Shown: positions 40,188-50,822, numbered from the stretch's first letter. The stretch is 64,000 nt of DNA from an uncultured Nitrospiraceae bacterium (GCA_963727775.1 CAVSHB010000001.1:1408001-1472000), one strand, 5' to 3'. Notes: generated by a model from the sequence alone, not told the origin. Program-made: numbers and translations.

Positions 40188-41042
40188 ATGGAAAAAATTC
40201 GCACCATAAAGAGGCATGGACCAAAAAAGAAAGTCATCTACCTCGTTGGAGAAGGCACCGGTGAGACAATAAGCAGGATTGCGAGGGCGTCACTGGCCCA
40301 GTTTAACCGCGAAAACATCGAGGTAAAAACATTTTTTCTGGTTACGGATGAGCGCTATATATCACGCATTTTAAGGAAAGCGGCTGAGGACGATGCATTG
40401 CTTGCTTTCAGTATAGTCCATCCAAAATTGAGGGATTTCCTCATACTCGAGGCCCAAAGCCGGGGGACAAAAGCGATTGATTTAATCGGAGATTTTATTG
40501 TACAGCTTTCTATTTTTTTAAAGGAAAAACCTATGGAGATCCCGGGAAGGCAATATATTCTTGATGAAGAATACTTCAAGAGAATAGAGGCGATCAATTT
40601 CTCAGTTAAGCATGATGACGGCAAGCTTCCCAATGGTCTTAAACTTGCCGACATCATCCTTGTCGGTCTGTCCAGGACCGGGAAAACCCCGTTGTCCACT
40701 TATCTCGCAAATCAGGGATGGAAGGTTGCGAATGTCCCGGTCCATCCTGAAATGGAAGCGCCTCAAGAGCTTCTTCAGACAGACCAGCGCAAGGTTTTCG
40801 GACTGGTCATCAATGCTGAAAGTCTCGTGAAGCTGAGAGAAGGAAGGCTGAAGCAATTAGGTCTTGGACCTGATGCCAAATACGCGGACCCTGTGCAGAT
40901 TGCCGATGAGATTGAATGGTGCATGAATTTTTTCAAACAGAACCCGCGCTGGAGAATAGTAGATGTTTCAAACAGGGCAATCGAAGAAGTGGCGGCAAGC
41001 ATCGTGAATGCCTGCCGCACCGGAAAAAAGCCGATACAATAA
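40188..41042 (+). CDS. ppsR: PEP synthase/PPDK regulatory kinase-pyrophosphorylase (DUF299), copy 2
   Basis: GEGTGETI, YFKRIEAINF, HDDG, GLSRTGKTPLSTYLA. Confidence 0.92.
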   Translation: MEKIRTIKRHGPKKKVIYLVGEGTGETISRIARASLAQFNRENIEVKTFFLVTDERYISRILRKAAEDDALLAFSIVHPKLRDFLILEAQSRGTKAIDLIGDFIVQLSIFLKEKPMEIPGRQYILDEEYFKRIEAINFSVKHDDGKLPNGLKLADIILVGLSRTGKTPLSTYLANQGWKVANVPVHPEMEAPQELLQTDQRKVFGLVINAESLVKLREGRLKQLGLGPDAKYADPVQIADEIEWCMNFFKQNPRWRIVDVSNRAIEEVAASIVNACRTGKKPIQ

Positions 41043-41053
41043 GTTAAGCATAA

Positions 41054-41259
41054 GCACCGCTCATCGACGAGTGTTATGCAAATCTTGAATGCAAGGTCGT
41101 CGATGAGAAGATGGTGGCCAAGTACAACCCCTTCATCCTCAAGGTACTCAAAGCGTGGATCGACCCATCAAGGAAAGACCCATGGACGATTCATCATCGC
41201 GGGAGGGCACTTTTATGGTTGCCTGTGAGACGATTAAGTTGCCTTCTAAAATGAAATAA
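41054..41259 (+). pseudogene. C-terminal remnant of a flavin reductase family gene
   Basis: APLIDECYANLECKVVD...KAWIDPSRKDPWTIHHRG, then a frameshift into GTFMVACETIKLPSKMK; no 5' part. Confidence 0.65.
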
Positions 41260-41365
41260 CTACACCTGAAAGCCAGCGGAGACCATCGGGGGGGGAGCGG
41301 GCCCTGCCTCAATGTTTTGTTATAATAGGTCATAACAGGAAAAGATTTTGAAAAGATACTTTCCA

Positions 41366-44300
41366 ATGAAAGCCCCTGAGATTACTATTATAATGCCCGC
41401 CTATAACCACGAGCAATTTATCGGTGAGGCTATTGAAAGCGTCCTTTCCCAAACGTTTTGGAACTTTGAATTGATAATCATCAATGACGGCTCCACCGAC
41501 AAGACTGAATCCGTGATAAAAAGATATGGCGACCAACGAATCAGGTATTATCGTCAGGAGAACCAGGGTTCCTGCCACACTCACAACCGAGGCATACAGC
41601 TCGCCGGGGGAGAGTATATCTCCATAATAGATTCCGATGATGTCTATCATCCTGAACGGCTTGCTGTACTACTTGATACTGCGAGGAGCTGCGATCTTGA
41701 CTTTCTGATCACCGATATGAACCTAATTGATCAGCACTCCGCGATAATCGACGATCCGGATCACTGGTGGATAAAATGGTATGAGCACCTCAAGTTGGCA
41801 TACAGAACTTCAGATTCACCGGATAAGGCCCTACTCTCAGGGAATTTTACGATTACGACTTCTAATTTCTTCTTCAATTCGCGGCTCGTTAAAGAGATCG
41901 GGGCATTCAAACCCTATACGTATATACTCGATTATGACTTTGCCTTCAGGGCAGCCCGAAACCGTCCGAGAAGTTTCGTGTTCCTCGATGACAGGAAACT
42001 GCTCTCCTACAGGTTGCACGGCCAGAATACCATTCTCAGAAACCCGCTGGGCGCTAATTACGAGACGTTCTATTTCCTGGTTAATGCGATCAAGGGCGTT
42101 TTCGGCCCGGATATGGAGATACCCGTGGAGCATCTCAACAAGATAAGGCGGTATCTGGTAAAAGAGCTGACGCTCAGACGGAAAAAAGATATTGCCGCAA
42201 TAAGCAAGGACCTGACGGCTGCGATTGAAATCAAGTCCGCGGAACTGGCGGAAAAATCTGTAGAAGTGGCGCAGAAGTCCACTGAACTCGAGTTTGCCTC
42301 GCGAGAGTTGACTTTGACTATTCAGGAACTCCATGAAGTGGAGAGAAGACTCAGTGAAGAAGCGGGTTTCAACCAGAGGCAACTGAATGAGTTCTATTTT
42401 ATAAAGAATTCTTTTAGTTTTAGAATCGGAAGGCTCTTAACCCTGCCTTTGCGCACGCTCAGTAGGAACCCTCTGACGCCGATGAATGCAACGGCCCGGG
42501 ACATCTGCGACCTTCATGCTAAGCTGGACCCCGTTGTCCCTCACGTCGATGTCATCTCCTTTGACATTTTTGACACCATCTTTGAACGGGACATCGACCC
42601 TCCCGACAAGGTAAAGGAAATAGTTGCTCGGCGTGTCGCCGCGATTCTTAAGGACGTCTATCACATCACCTGCTCGCCTCTTGAACTTCTCAGGCTGAGG
42701 GACTCCATAGAGTCGAAGCTGAGACGGGATGCGTTGAACAACGGGAGTGACTATGAATGCCGTTACAGCGATATCGTGAAGGAGATGGTTACCGTAATCC
42801 TCGGAGAGTATGACGAAAAGCTCTATAAGGAAATGATAGAGGAAGAAATCAACGTCGAGGATGAGGTCCTCTATGTAAAGGAAGGGATGAGAGAACTATT
42901 GAAGGAACTGCGGGACAGAGAGAAAAGGATAATCGCTATATCGGACATGTATCTGGATAAAGAGCATATCAGGAGGATCCTGCAGCGCAAGTCCCTGGAC
43001 CATTATTTTCGTGATATCTACGTCTCATCCGAGTCGGGAATCTGCAAGTACTCCGGCAATCTCTTCAGGCACGTCCTGTTACGCGAGAGGGTCCTGCCGG
43101 GACAGATGATCCACATTGGCGATAACAGAATATCCGACCACCGTGTTCCCATGAGGCTTGGAATTCACACGATCTATCTCAAAGACGTGTCACACCTTAG
43201 AAGGAAATATGTTTTAAAAACATACAACAGGCTGGCAACGAGGAATTCCTACTGGAAGGGAAGACATCTTCTTCAGTTGGTTCGTCCTTTGAGGGGAGGC
43301 GAAGACTTTTTTTACACCTATGGCTTCTCCTTCCTCGGACCCGTTTACTCGGCGTTTGTTTACGGAGTCATCGAAACAATAAAGAAACAGAACATCAGGA
43401 AAGTCTATTTCCTTGCAAGGGAAGGGGAGCTTTTCCTACGTCTCTTCAACACGTTTGAGAGCCATTTCTTTGAAAAGGGAACTGCGCCGGATAAGCAATA
43501 CATATACCTCACAAGAAAATCCACCGCACTTGCATCTGCCTATCAGGGGCTTTCTTACCAAAAGGCGATTATGGCACTCTACAATCCAAAGCAGCAGGGA
43601 CTGCAATCCATATGCGACGTCTTCGGGTTGCCCTCCGGGGAGTTCACGGACATCGCCGGACGGTATGGCCTCACCGACATGAGAAAACCCCTACATGACT
43701 GGCATGACGAGCGCTTCAAGAAGCTGTTGATGGACGCGAGGTTACAGGATATCGTCACGAGATATGCCCGCGCAGACAGAGAACTCCTCGCACGTTATCT
43801 CGAACAAATCGGATTTTTCAATAATAGCGCTGTTGCTTTCGTGGACGTAGGATGGAATGCAACGATTCAGAAATTTGTCCAAGACGCTTTCATCGAAAGA
43901 GCTGATTACCCTCACATCTACGGCCTCTATCTGGGCTTCGTTGATGGGATCAGGCATGCCTTCGACCCGCAGAAGAACACGATTCAGGGCTTCTTCTATG
44001 ATTATCGCCGCAATGACCCTGCCGAAAAGATACTCAACAGATTTAAGGAGATATTCGAGGAGGGAGCGCGTGCCATGCATTCCACGACAATCGGGTACAG
44101 ACGTAATTCTGAGACGGAACTGATTGAACCCGTTTTCAAGAACGATCGGGCATATGACAGAACAGTAGAACTTTTGCATAACGGAAAGATAGCGCAGATC
44201 CAGCTTGGGGCCCTCAGTTTCTCGATGGAATTCATCAGGGCTGTCCACCTTACCGGGTATTCCTTTGAAGATATCAAGCCTTTTCTCCTGACCCTCATCG

Positions 44301-44554
44301 AGCGGTGTATCGCGTTCCCGGGAAGCGAAGAGACAAAGAGCCTGATGGACCTGAAACATTCGGAGGATTTCGGTTATGAAAATGTAATGGACTTAACCTC
44401 GGACAAAATAAGCAGCCTTAAGACCATCCTCCATCCGGGCAAATTCGTGAACAAGATCAAATATTCTAACTGGCCGTACGGGACAGCGAGGTCGTCAGGC
44501 ATTCCGGGAATCAACCTGCTTGTGAGGCTGTATGATCTGTTGTGGAGGCCCTGA
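41366..44554 (+). CDS. Multidomain glycosyltransferase family 2 + coiled coil + HAD-like domain protein
   Basis: IIMPAYN, INDGSTD, IDSDD; KSAELAEKSVE coiled coil; SFDIFDT, ISDMYL, HIGDN, FLAREG, VDVGW. Confidence 0.85.
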   Translation: MKAPEITIIMPAYNHEQFIGEAIESVLSQTFWNFELIIINDGSTDKTESVIKRYGDQRIRYYRQENQGSCHTHNRGIQLAGGEYISIIDSDDVYHPERLAVLLDTARSCDLDFLITDMNLIDQHSAIIDDPDHWWIKWYEHLKLAYRTSDSPDKALLSGNFTITTSNFFFNSRLVKEIGAFKPYTYILDYDFAFRAARNRPRSFVFLDDRKLLSYRLHGQNTILRNPLGANYETFYFLVNAIKGVFGPDMEIPVEHLNKIRRYLVKELTLRRKKDIAAISKDLTAAIEIKSAELAEKSVEVAQKSTELEFASRELTLTIQELHEVERRLSEEAGFNQRQLNEFYFIKNSFSFRIGRLLTLPLRTLSRNPLTPMNATARDICDLHAKLDPVVPHVDVISFDIFDTIFERDIDPPDKVKEIVARRVAAILKDVYHITCSPLELLRLRDSIESKLRRDALNNGSDYECRYSDIVKEMVTVILGEYDEKLYKEMIEEEINVEDEVLYVKEGMRELLKELRDREKRIIAISDMYLDKEHIRRILQRKSLDHYFRDIYVSSESGICKYSGNLFRHVLLRERVLPGQMIHIGDNRISDHRVPMRLGIHTIYLKDVSHLRRKYVLKTYNRLATRNSYWKGRHLLQLVRPLRGGEDFFYTYGFSFLGPVYSAFVYGVIETIKKQNIRKVYFLAREGELFLRLFNTFESHFFEKGTAPDKQYIYLTRKSTALASAYQGLSYQKAIMALYNPKQQGLQSICDVFGLPSGEFTDIAGRYGLTDMRKPLHDWHDERFKKLLMDARLQDIVTRYARADRELLARYLEQIGFFNNSAVAFVDVGWNATIQKFVQDAFIERADYPHIYGLYLGFVDGIRHAFDPQKNTIQGFFYDYRRNDPAEKILNRFKEIFEEGARAMHSTTIGYRRNSETELIEPVFKNDRAYDRTVELLHNGKIAQIQLGALSFSMEFIRAVHLTGYSFEDIKPFLLTLIERCIAFPGSEETKSLMDLKHSEDFGYENVMDLTSDKISSLKTILHPGKFVNKIKYSNWPYGTARSSGIPGINLLVRLYDLLWRP

Positions 44555-44833
44555 GAGCTGTGAACAATTCCTATTTTAAGAAGGACCTGGATATTCTCCG
44601 ATGCGGTCTTCCGTCTGTCCTGCTTGTTGCCTTGGTTCATCGGGTAATGTTCAGGATCAGACGTGGGCATCCTCTTTTTTCCCCACGACTCTCCGAGTGG
44701 GCAATTGCTTTAGCAGCGCACCGGTTTTTCCACGTATTCCATATTGGTTATAATCTCAGGAACGTGGTGAGGAAGATCAAGGCAAGGCTGCGGGGTTAAG
44801 AAGTCCTTCCGGGCGTGTTCCCGCAACAAGCAG

Positions 44834-45688
44834 TTACCAGACGGAACGAAAGGGAAAGTGCTTCAGATAGAACCTCATGAGCCCCCGATAGAACATTAAC
44901 CACTTTTTTTTATATCCCAACCGCTTCACTGAAGCGCTCCTATGGTGGATCGCTTTTGCCTCGGGGAAAAGATAGATCCTATAGAGAGTATTCGTATAAA
45001 GCCTGTAGCACCAGTCCACGTCATTGAAAAAAATGGGAAAGCCTTCGTCCATAGGTCCCACCGAATCCCAGCATTTCCTTTTGACCATCAGAGCCGACGC
45101 CATAGGCTGCTGTACAATCCTCGTACTAAGATGTTCCTCTTCCTTCAATGTCCACCGCCGATAATGCCCAATCTTGTCGATACCGAAATATTCCATCAAG
45201 AGCGCCGGAAGCGTCGGGAAACGGCTGCATGATATCTGCTTTCTCCCGTCGGGGTAATATAACCTGGGTACAACGGCTCCTGCGTCCGGATTGGTGATAA
45301 GGAAGGAGAAAAGCATCTTCACGCTGTTTTCAGCCAGTGTGATATCGTTGTTAAGAAGAAAGATAGGATCCCCTGTTGACAATTTTACGCCCTGGTTGAC
45401 TGCCTCCGCATATCCGCGATTGGTATCGTTCTGTACCCACATCACTCCGGGAAAGGTTTTCTTGATATGCGCGGCGCTGTTATCTTCCGACGCATTGTCC
45501 ACCACGATTATCTCAAGAGAGAGAGAGGCATCGGTTTCGTATATTGAAGATATGCACTCGTGGAGCAATTGCCTGTGGTTCCAGTTGGCGATGATGAAGG
45601 AGACCTTGCAGCCGTCTGTGATCGATCCGGTGTCACTGAGCTTTGCTCTGTAATCAGAAGCTTGCACTATATCGTCATTCGCTTTCAT
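44834..45688 (-). CDS. Glycosyltransferase family 2 (rhamnosyltransferase-like)
   Basis: VVDNASED, GYAEAVNQG, LLNND, FFNDVDWC. Confidence 0.9.
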   Translation of the reverse strand: MKANDDIVQASDYRAKLSDTGSITDGCKVSFIIANWNHRQLLHECISSIYETDASLSLEIIVVDNASEDNSAAHIKKTFPGVMWVQNDTNRGYAEAVNQGVKLSTGDPIFLLNNDITLAENSVKMLFSFLITNPDAGAVVPRLYYPDGRKQISCSRFPTLPALLMEYFGIDKIGHYRRWTLKEEEHLSTRIVQQPMASALMVKRKCWDSVGPMDEGFPIFFNDVDWCYRLYTNTLYRIYLFPEAKAIHHRSASVKRLGYKKKWLMFYRGLMRFYLKHFPFRSVW

Positions 45689-45694
45689 GAGAGT

Positions 45695-46684
45695 TCACAC
45701 TTCGATGTGCGCCAACCGTATCAACCTAAGAAACCACTGTCTTATTCTATAAGACCTGGTCAAAAGTCTCCATCCCCGCATAGCATGGATGCTCTGTATA
45801 TACGAATCTCTTTCTTGCAAAATATTTCTGAGATCATTTGCGACACCTTCGAGGTTATGGATGCGAACCTCAAGCTCTCTCAGGCAAGCCTCTTTTTGGG
45901 CAATCATTACATCTTTTCTATATAGTTTCTCCCTCATGGTGAACACGATACCGAGAGGAAGTTTTGCCCGGTGTTTCTCATAAAGTTTTACAGTCGCCTC
46001 CCTCAATACTTCAGGAGGGCTCTTGAAAGCAATCTGCAAATCGTCCCTCTGATAATATACTGACGTAATTTTGTCAACATAATGGAACGGCGCTGCCTCT
46101 CCGGCTCTTATGAGCATATCCCAATCTTCGTAGAGCTCAAAGGACTCATCGAACATGAAGCTTCTCAGGGTAGCTGCCCTGAATAGCAGGGAGATAAGCG
46201 GTATGTAGTTTCCTATGAGAAGATCATCGTAAGAGAAAGGTGTCGCAAATGTTCCTTTCAGGTGACTGCTCACCCGGGTACCCTCACTGTCCAGTACTTC
46301 ATCTACGAACTCAACTGCGCCATAGGCAACATCACACCCTGACCCGCTCAAGGAAGCGACAAGGGTTCCCAGATGCTCAGGATAGAACTCGTCGTCATCG
46401 TCCAGGAACCCGACATATTCCCCTTTGGCGTTTCTTATACCTTCGTTCCCTGCATGCGCCCTCCCAGTGTTCTGCTCCAGTGGCAGGTATTTCAGGGGTA
46501 TATCGCCTATGACGCTTCTCAGCGCCGTTGTATCCAGTGGGCAGCCCCCGTCATTCACCACCACGACCTCTATCGAGCGGTAGGTCTGAGCAGCAATACT
46601 CCGGAGCGCCCTCATCAGCAGCTTCGGCCTATCCTTTGTCCTGACTATTATCGAGACTAATGGGATAACGGTTGACTCAGTCAT
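45695..46684 (-). CDS. Glycosyltransferase family 2 with C-terminal coiled coil
   Basis: IVRTKDRP, VNDGG, FLDDDD, YEDWD. Confidence 0.9.
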   Translation of the reverse strand: MTESTVIPLVSIIVRTKDRPKLLMRALRSIAAQTYRSIEVVVVNDGGCPLDTTALRSVIGDIPLKYLPLEQNTGRAHAGNEGIRNAKGEYVGFLDDDDEFYPEHLGTLVASLSGSGCDVAYGAVEFVDEVLDSEGTRVSSHLKGTFATPFSYDDLLIGNYIPLISLLFRAATLRSFMFDESFELYEDWDMLIRAGEAAPFHYVDKITSVYYQRDDLQIAFKSPPEVLREATVKLYEKHRAKLPLGIVFTMREKLYRKDVMIAQKEACLRELEVRIHNLEGVANDLRNILQERDSYIQSIHAMRGWRLLTRSYRIRQWFLRLIRLAHIEV

Positions 46685-46937
46685 TTTCCAGGGTGTTGAA
46701 TATATGTTTATAGTTTACCCAAAACGGGACACCCATAGAATCCCCTGATGTACTTCACTGTTACTGTTAAGGTCGCCTTTTTCAGGGCGTAAACATAGCC
46801 ACAGGCGGAACTGCATTTATATTTTGCCACTTGTGTATCTCCGTTTTGAAAAAATCAACGGTAAAAAATATGGTCCAATAAAAATATTTTAACAGAATTT
46901 GCTTCTGAATAAGAAGTATGAAGAATTGAAAAAGAGG

Positions 46938-46983
46938 GAGTTATCAGAGGATGCAGTAGAAATACTGCATCCTCTGATAACTC
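46938..46983 (-). terminator. Perfect 21-bp hairpin downstream of nrfA
   Basis: GAGTTATCAGAGGATGCAGTA-GAAA-TACTGCATCCTCTGATAACTC; T-rich tail on the minus strand. Confidence 0.75.
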
Positions 46984-47001
46984 TTATTTAATTACAGTGG
47001 A

Positions 47002-48468
47002 CTAAAATTTCTCCTGTAGTCCGTAAGGGTCTTTGATTTCCATGGAGGATTTGAATTTTATTTTTTTCTCACCTCTGTTTTCCACGTATTTGTTCAACTC
47101 AAGATCAACCTTTACAGGCACATCAATTCCCGCCTTGGCTAAAGCTTCTCTGAGATATCCTTCAGCTTTGCCGGCAAAGGCAATAGAATCTCCAAGAACT
47201 CTCAACGCTTCTGCGGGGTTATGGAAGCCGACGGAATTTTCAGCTCCCACAAAAATATTACGATAGAAAGCTTCTTCATAATAATCTTTGGCCTTGTCGT
47301 ATAAGGCTTTGTCGATATTCTTGCCTGAAGCCTGGGCATTATGGACTTTCTCAAAAAGTTTTGCGACTGTTGCATTCGCGTATCCGGCACGTATTATGAG
47401 CGATACGGTCCTGTCCTGAATAGTTTCTACCTGTGTCCTCAGCCATTCTGGACTTTCTGAATGGCATTGGACGCAAGCCCTGAGGTCCGTCTTCATCGGA
47501 CTTGTAACACGGTGGTTTGAAACCTTATAAGCGCCGACTTTTGTATAGGGCATATGACAATCCGCGCATGCCGCGCCGGCTTTCCAATGTACGCTGTTAT
47601 TGGTAAACAATTCAAACTCGGGATGACGTATGAACGGCAGCTTGAAGCCGGTGACGTTCTGTTTCCATTCGAGATATGAAGGATCACTGCGCAGCTTCTT
47701 GATAATATTCTCGACTGTAATGCCTCCCATTTTGCTCCCCTGCCAGGGGAAGAAAACCCCGATTGATTTCATGTCCTTGTCTTTAACGATGTTGTAAGTG
47801 ACATGGCATTGCGCGCAGACAATGCTTCTCATTTCCTGACGGGTAAGTTTCTCAGGCTCCACACTTAAATCTTTCAAGGCAGGACCCATTACAAATCCTC
47901 TCGATATCTTCAGGGACATGTCCCTGTTGTCATGACAGTCGATGCAGGCAACGCCAAGTTTATTGTATTGCGCGGGAATCCTGGCGTAGACATCTTTGTA
48001 GGGCATTTTGTAATAATCGACCCCCATCTCTTTTTCGAGTTTAGGGGCATAAGGGGTTTTACACGTAAGGCAGACACCACCGGCCTTTACCCTCCCTGCG
48101 TCTATATCGAGCTGATCGATGACCATGTAAGCATGTCCTCGCGGTTCGTTGTATTCAGTACCAAAACCCCATCCGTTGAACAGCAGCGCCATATAAGGAT
48201 ATTCAGACAATTTATCGTACATTATCCTTTCAGCATCGAACCCCTTCTTATATTTGCTTTTGCGTTCCGAGGGCTCGGACGTCTTTTTCCAAAGGTCATA
48301 CTCGAAAGGATAAGCCTTCCCCCAGTTTGCAGGGTCGACATCGCAGTCTGCGATTTTCACCGGCCTGACAGGCTCTGTCTTGGGCGGAGGACAGCCATAC
48401 AAGAATAACAAAGTGCCTGTTATCATTACGGTGATACCCACCAATAAAACAAATCTTCTATTTTTCAT
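47002..48468 (-). CDS. nrfA: Ammonia-forming cytochrome c nitrite reductase catalytic subunit
   Basis: YNEPRGH, CLTCK (Lys-ligated heme) plus four CxxCH; N-terminal lipoprotein-like signal. Confidence 0.96.
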   Translation of the reverse strand: MKNRRFVLLVGITVMITGTLLFLYGCPPPKTEPVRPVKIADCDVDPANWGKAYPFEYDLWKKTSEPSERKSKYKKGFDAERIMYDKLSEYPYMALLFNGWGFGTEYNEPRGHAYMVIDQLDIDAGRVKAGGVCLTCKTPYAPKLEKEMGVDYYKMPYKDVYARIPAQYNKLGVACIDCHDNRDMSLKISRGFVMGPALKDLSVEPEKLTRQEMRSIVCAQCHVTYNIVKDKDMKSIGVFFPWQGSKMGGITVENIIKKLRSDPSYLEWKQNVTGFKLPFIRHPEFELFTNNSVHWKAGAACADCHMPYTKVGAYKVSNHRVTSPMKTDLRACVQCHSESPEWLRTQVETIQDRTVSLIIRAGYANATVAKLFEKVHNAQASGKNIDKALYDKAKDYYEEAFYRNIFVGAENSVGFHNPAEALRVLGDSIAFAGKAEGYLREALAKAGIDVPVKVDLELNKYVENRGEKKIKFKSSMEIKDPYGLQEKF

Positions 48469-48477
48469 TCGACCCTC

Positions 48478-48936
48478 CTATAAAGTTTCTCTTATCCCTG
48501 TATGAATATGTGTTATTCTTCTGTGGCAGTCCCAGCATTTTCTTTTTGTGTCCATCAGCATGACAGTCGTTTCGTGACATCGAATGCAATTAGATTGCAG
48601 GACTTCTTTACCGTGTGCCGATATATTAATGCGGTCAGGGACCTGGCCGGAATAAAAAACTACCACGTCTTTTAATCCGTCTATAGATTTCCATAAATAA
48701 TAGACAACCCTGTTTTCATTCGGCAGGTGGCAGTCAACGCACATCTTTCTCCTGTGCGCGCCCGAATGCATCCAGGCCTCATATTCCGCCTGCATGACAT
48801 GGCAGTTTATGCAAAACCTGGAATTTTCGGAGTTGTCAGGCCGGTTTGATTGCCCGAATATCAAAAAAGGCGACAAAAAAATTGCAATAAGCAATAGAGG
48901 AACAATAATGTATAACCGAAAAATAAAATTATTCAT
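48478..48936 (-). CDS. nrfH: Cytochrome c nitrite reductase small subunit (NapC/NirT family)
   Basis: N-terminal TM and four CxxCH; upstream of nrfA. Confidence 0.93.
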   Translation of the reverse strand: MNNFIFRLYIIVPLLLIAIFLSPFLIFGQSNRPDNSENSRFCINCHVMQAEYEAWMHSGAHRRKMCVDCHLPNENRVVYYLWKSIDGLKDVVVFYSGQVPDRINISAHGKEVLQSNCIRCHETTVMLMDTKRKCWDCHRRITHIHTGIRETL

Positions 48937-49164
48937 AATATCCGCATCATTTCTTTTAAAAATCCTTAATAATACATTCGCGTTAAAATTTTATCATATG
49001 AACAATTATTGTCAAATTTTTTATTGAAAACTGATCGTGTCCGGAAACGAGCAGAAGATATTGAACAGTTGAACACACTTTATGAAAAAAGTATCTGTTA
49101 TAATAAAAAAGTTTTTTATAACATTCGCAGATTTTCAATTAGAAGGCTTAGAGGTGATTTCCTA

Positions 49165-50790
49165 ATGTCTATAGAGGACGAAGTTCGTTCGATATTTCCT
49201 GATGAGAACAGTGTTCCTGCAGGGTTTCGCATGGATGATCAGGTTGTTCAGCGCGAATACCTTATTAATGGAGAATTGCGCAATTGGGACGGACGGATGC
49301 AGGAAGTCCTTTCCCCGGTATTTTTCAAAGGCCCATCAGGTTTCATACAAAAAGTAATCGGAAAGTATCCTTTGTTGACGGAGAATGAATCTCTTAGTGC
49401 CCTTGGTGCGGCTGTCCGCGCATATGATAACGGCAGAGGGCTATGGCCGACGATGCCTGTGAATGACAGGCTTAAGCACATAGAGGAGTTTATATGCAGG
49501 ATGCAGGAAAAGAAGAGAGACATCGTTCTCCTCCTGATGTGGGAAATAGGCAAGTCTTATGAGGAATCTGAGAAAGAGTTCGACAGAACTGTTGATTACA
49601 TAAAAAATACCATTAACGCATTAAAGGATATTGACCGTGTATCATCAAAGTTTGTTGCCGAGCAGGGAATAATAGGACAGATAAGGAGGGCGCCCCTGGG
49701 AGTGGTCCTTTGTATGGGACCATTCAATTATCCTTTGAACGAGACCTTTACAACGCTTATACCTGCTCTAATGATGGGTAACACTGTTATCTTCAAACCT
49801 CCAAAGATCGGGGTGCTTCTCCATTATCCTTTACTGAAGGCCTTGCAGACATCTTTTCCTCCGGGTGTAGTGAATACCGTTTACGGAGACGGCAGGCAGG
49901 TCATAACTCCACTCCTTGCTTCAGGCAAGATCGATGTTCTTGCCTTTATCGGATCCAGTAAGGTTGCCGACCTGCTCAAGAGTCAGCACCCTAAACCGCA
50001 TCGTCTGAGATCGGTCCTCGGGCTTGAAGCAAAAAATTCTGCAATTATTCTCTCTGATGCGGACATGGATACGACTGTCCGGGAATGTGTGATGGGAAGC
50101 CTTTCCTTCAACGGCCAGAGGTGTACCGCATTAAAGATATTGTTTGTCCATTCCCGCATTGTCGATATATTTCTCGATAGGTTTGCTGATGCGCTCGGGA
50201 GACTGAAATTCGGTATGCCCTGGGAAGAGAATGTCACAATAACCCCTTTACCTGAACCGGACAAAACCGCGTATCTCGCCGGACTTATTGAAGAAGCCCG
50301 GGACAAAGGCGCCCGGGTAATAAATAAAGCCGGCGGTACTGTAAATAAGACGTTCTTCTATCCTGCTTTGATGTATCCTGTCAATTCTAAAATGAGATTA
50401 TACACTGAAGAGCAATTCGGGCCGATTGTGCCTGTTGTGCCGTTCGATGATATCAACAGGCCCATTCAGTATATTATCGAATCGAGCTACGGGCAGCAGG
50501 CAAGCATATTCGGGAAAGACGCCGACGCTATCGCAAACCTTGTTGATGTAATGGTCAATCAGGTATGCAGGGTGAATATCAACACAATGTGCCAGCGCGG
50601 TCCCGATATCTTTCCGTTTGCCGGAAGAAAAGATTCAGGGGAGGGGACCCTTTCGGTCTCCGACGCCCTGCGGGTTTTTTCGATACGGACAATCGTGGCA
50701 ACAAAAGACATCGAGGTTAATAAGGCAGTACTTGAAAAAATTGTAAAGGAAAAGAAATCGAACTTCCTTTCGACCTGGTGTAACCCATAA
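49165..50790 (+). CDS. gapN: Non-phosphorylating NADP-dependent glyceraldehyde-3-phosphate dehydrogenase (ALDH family)
   Basis: MGPFNYPLNE, FIGSS, GLEAKN, FNGQRCTA, EEQFGP; start moved to 49165 after GAGGTG. Confidence 0.88.
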   Translation: MSIEDEVRSIFPDENSVPAGFRMDDQVVQREYLINGELRNWDGRMQEVLSPVFFKGPSGFIQKVIGKYPLLTENESLSALGAAVRAYDNGRGLWPTMPVNDRLKHIEEFICRMQEKKRDIVLLLMWEIGKSYEESEKEFDRTVDYIKNTINALKDIDRVSSKFVAEQGIIGQIRRAPLGVVLCMGPFNYPLNETFTTLIPALMMGNTVIFKPPKIGVLLHYPLLKALQTSFPPGVVNTVYGDGRQVITPLLASGKIDVLAFIGSSKVADLLKSQHPKPHRLRSVLGLEAKNSAIILSDADMDTTVRECVMGSLSFNGQRCTALKILFVHSRIVDIFLDRFADALGRLKFGMPWEENVTITPLPEPDKTAYLAGLIEEARDKGARVINKAGGTVNKTFFYPALMYPVNSKMRLYTEEQFGPIVPVVPFDDINRPIQYIIESSYGQQASIFGKDADAIANLVDVMVNQVCRVNINTMCQRGPDIFPFAGRKDSGEGTLSVSDALRVFSIRTIVATKDIEVNKAVLEKIVKEKKSNFLSTWCNP

Positions 50791-50822
50791 AAGAACCACC
50801 CCGAAACTATCTGTGTTAAGAA

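Noticed and set aside
44542..44799. 85-aa ORF after the large glycosyltransferase
   Set aside because: No motif or RBS; may be a remnant but cannot be supported.
46938..46983. 21-bp perfect palindrome as a MITE or CRISPR repeat
   Set aside because: Single copy, positioned as the nrfA terminator.
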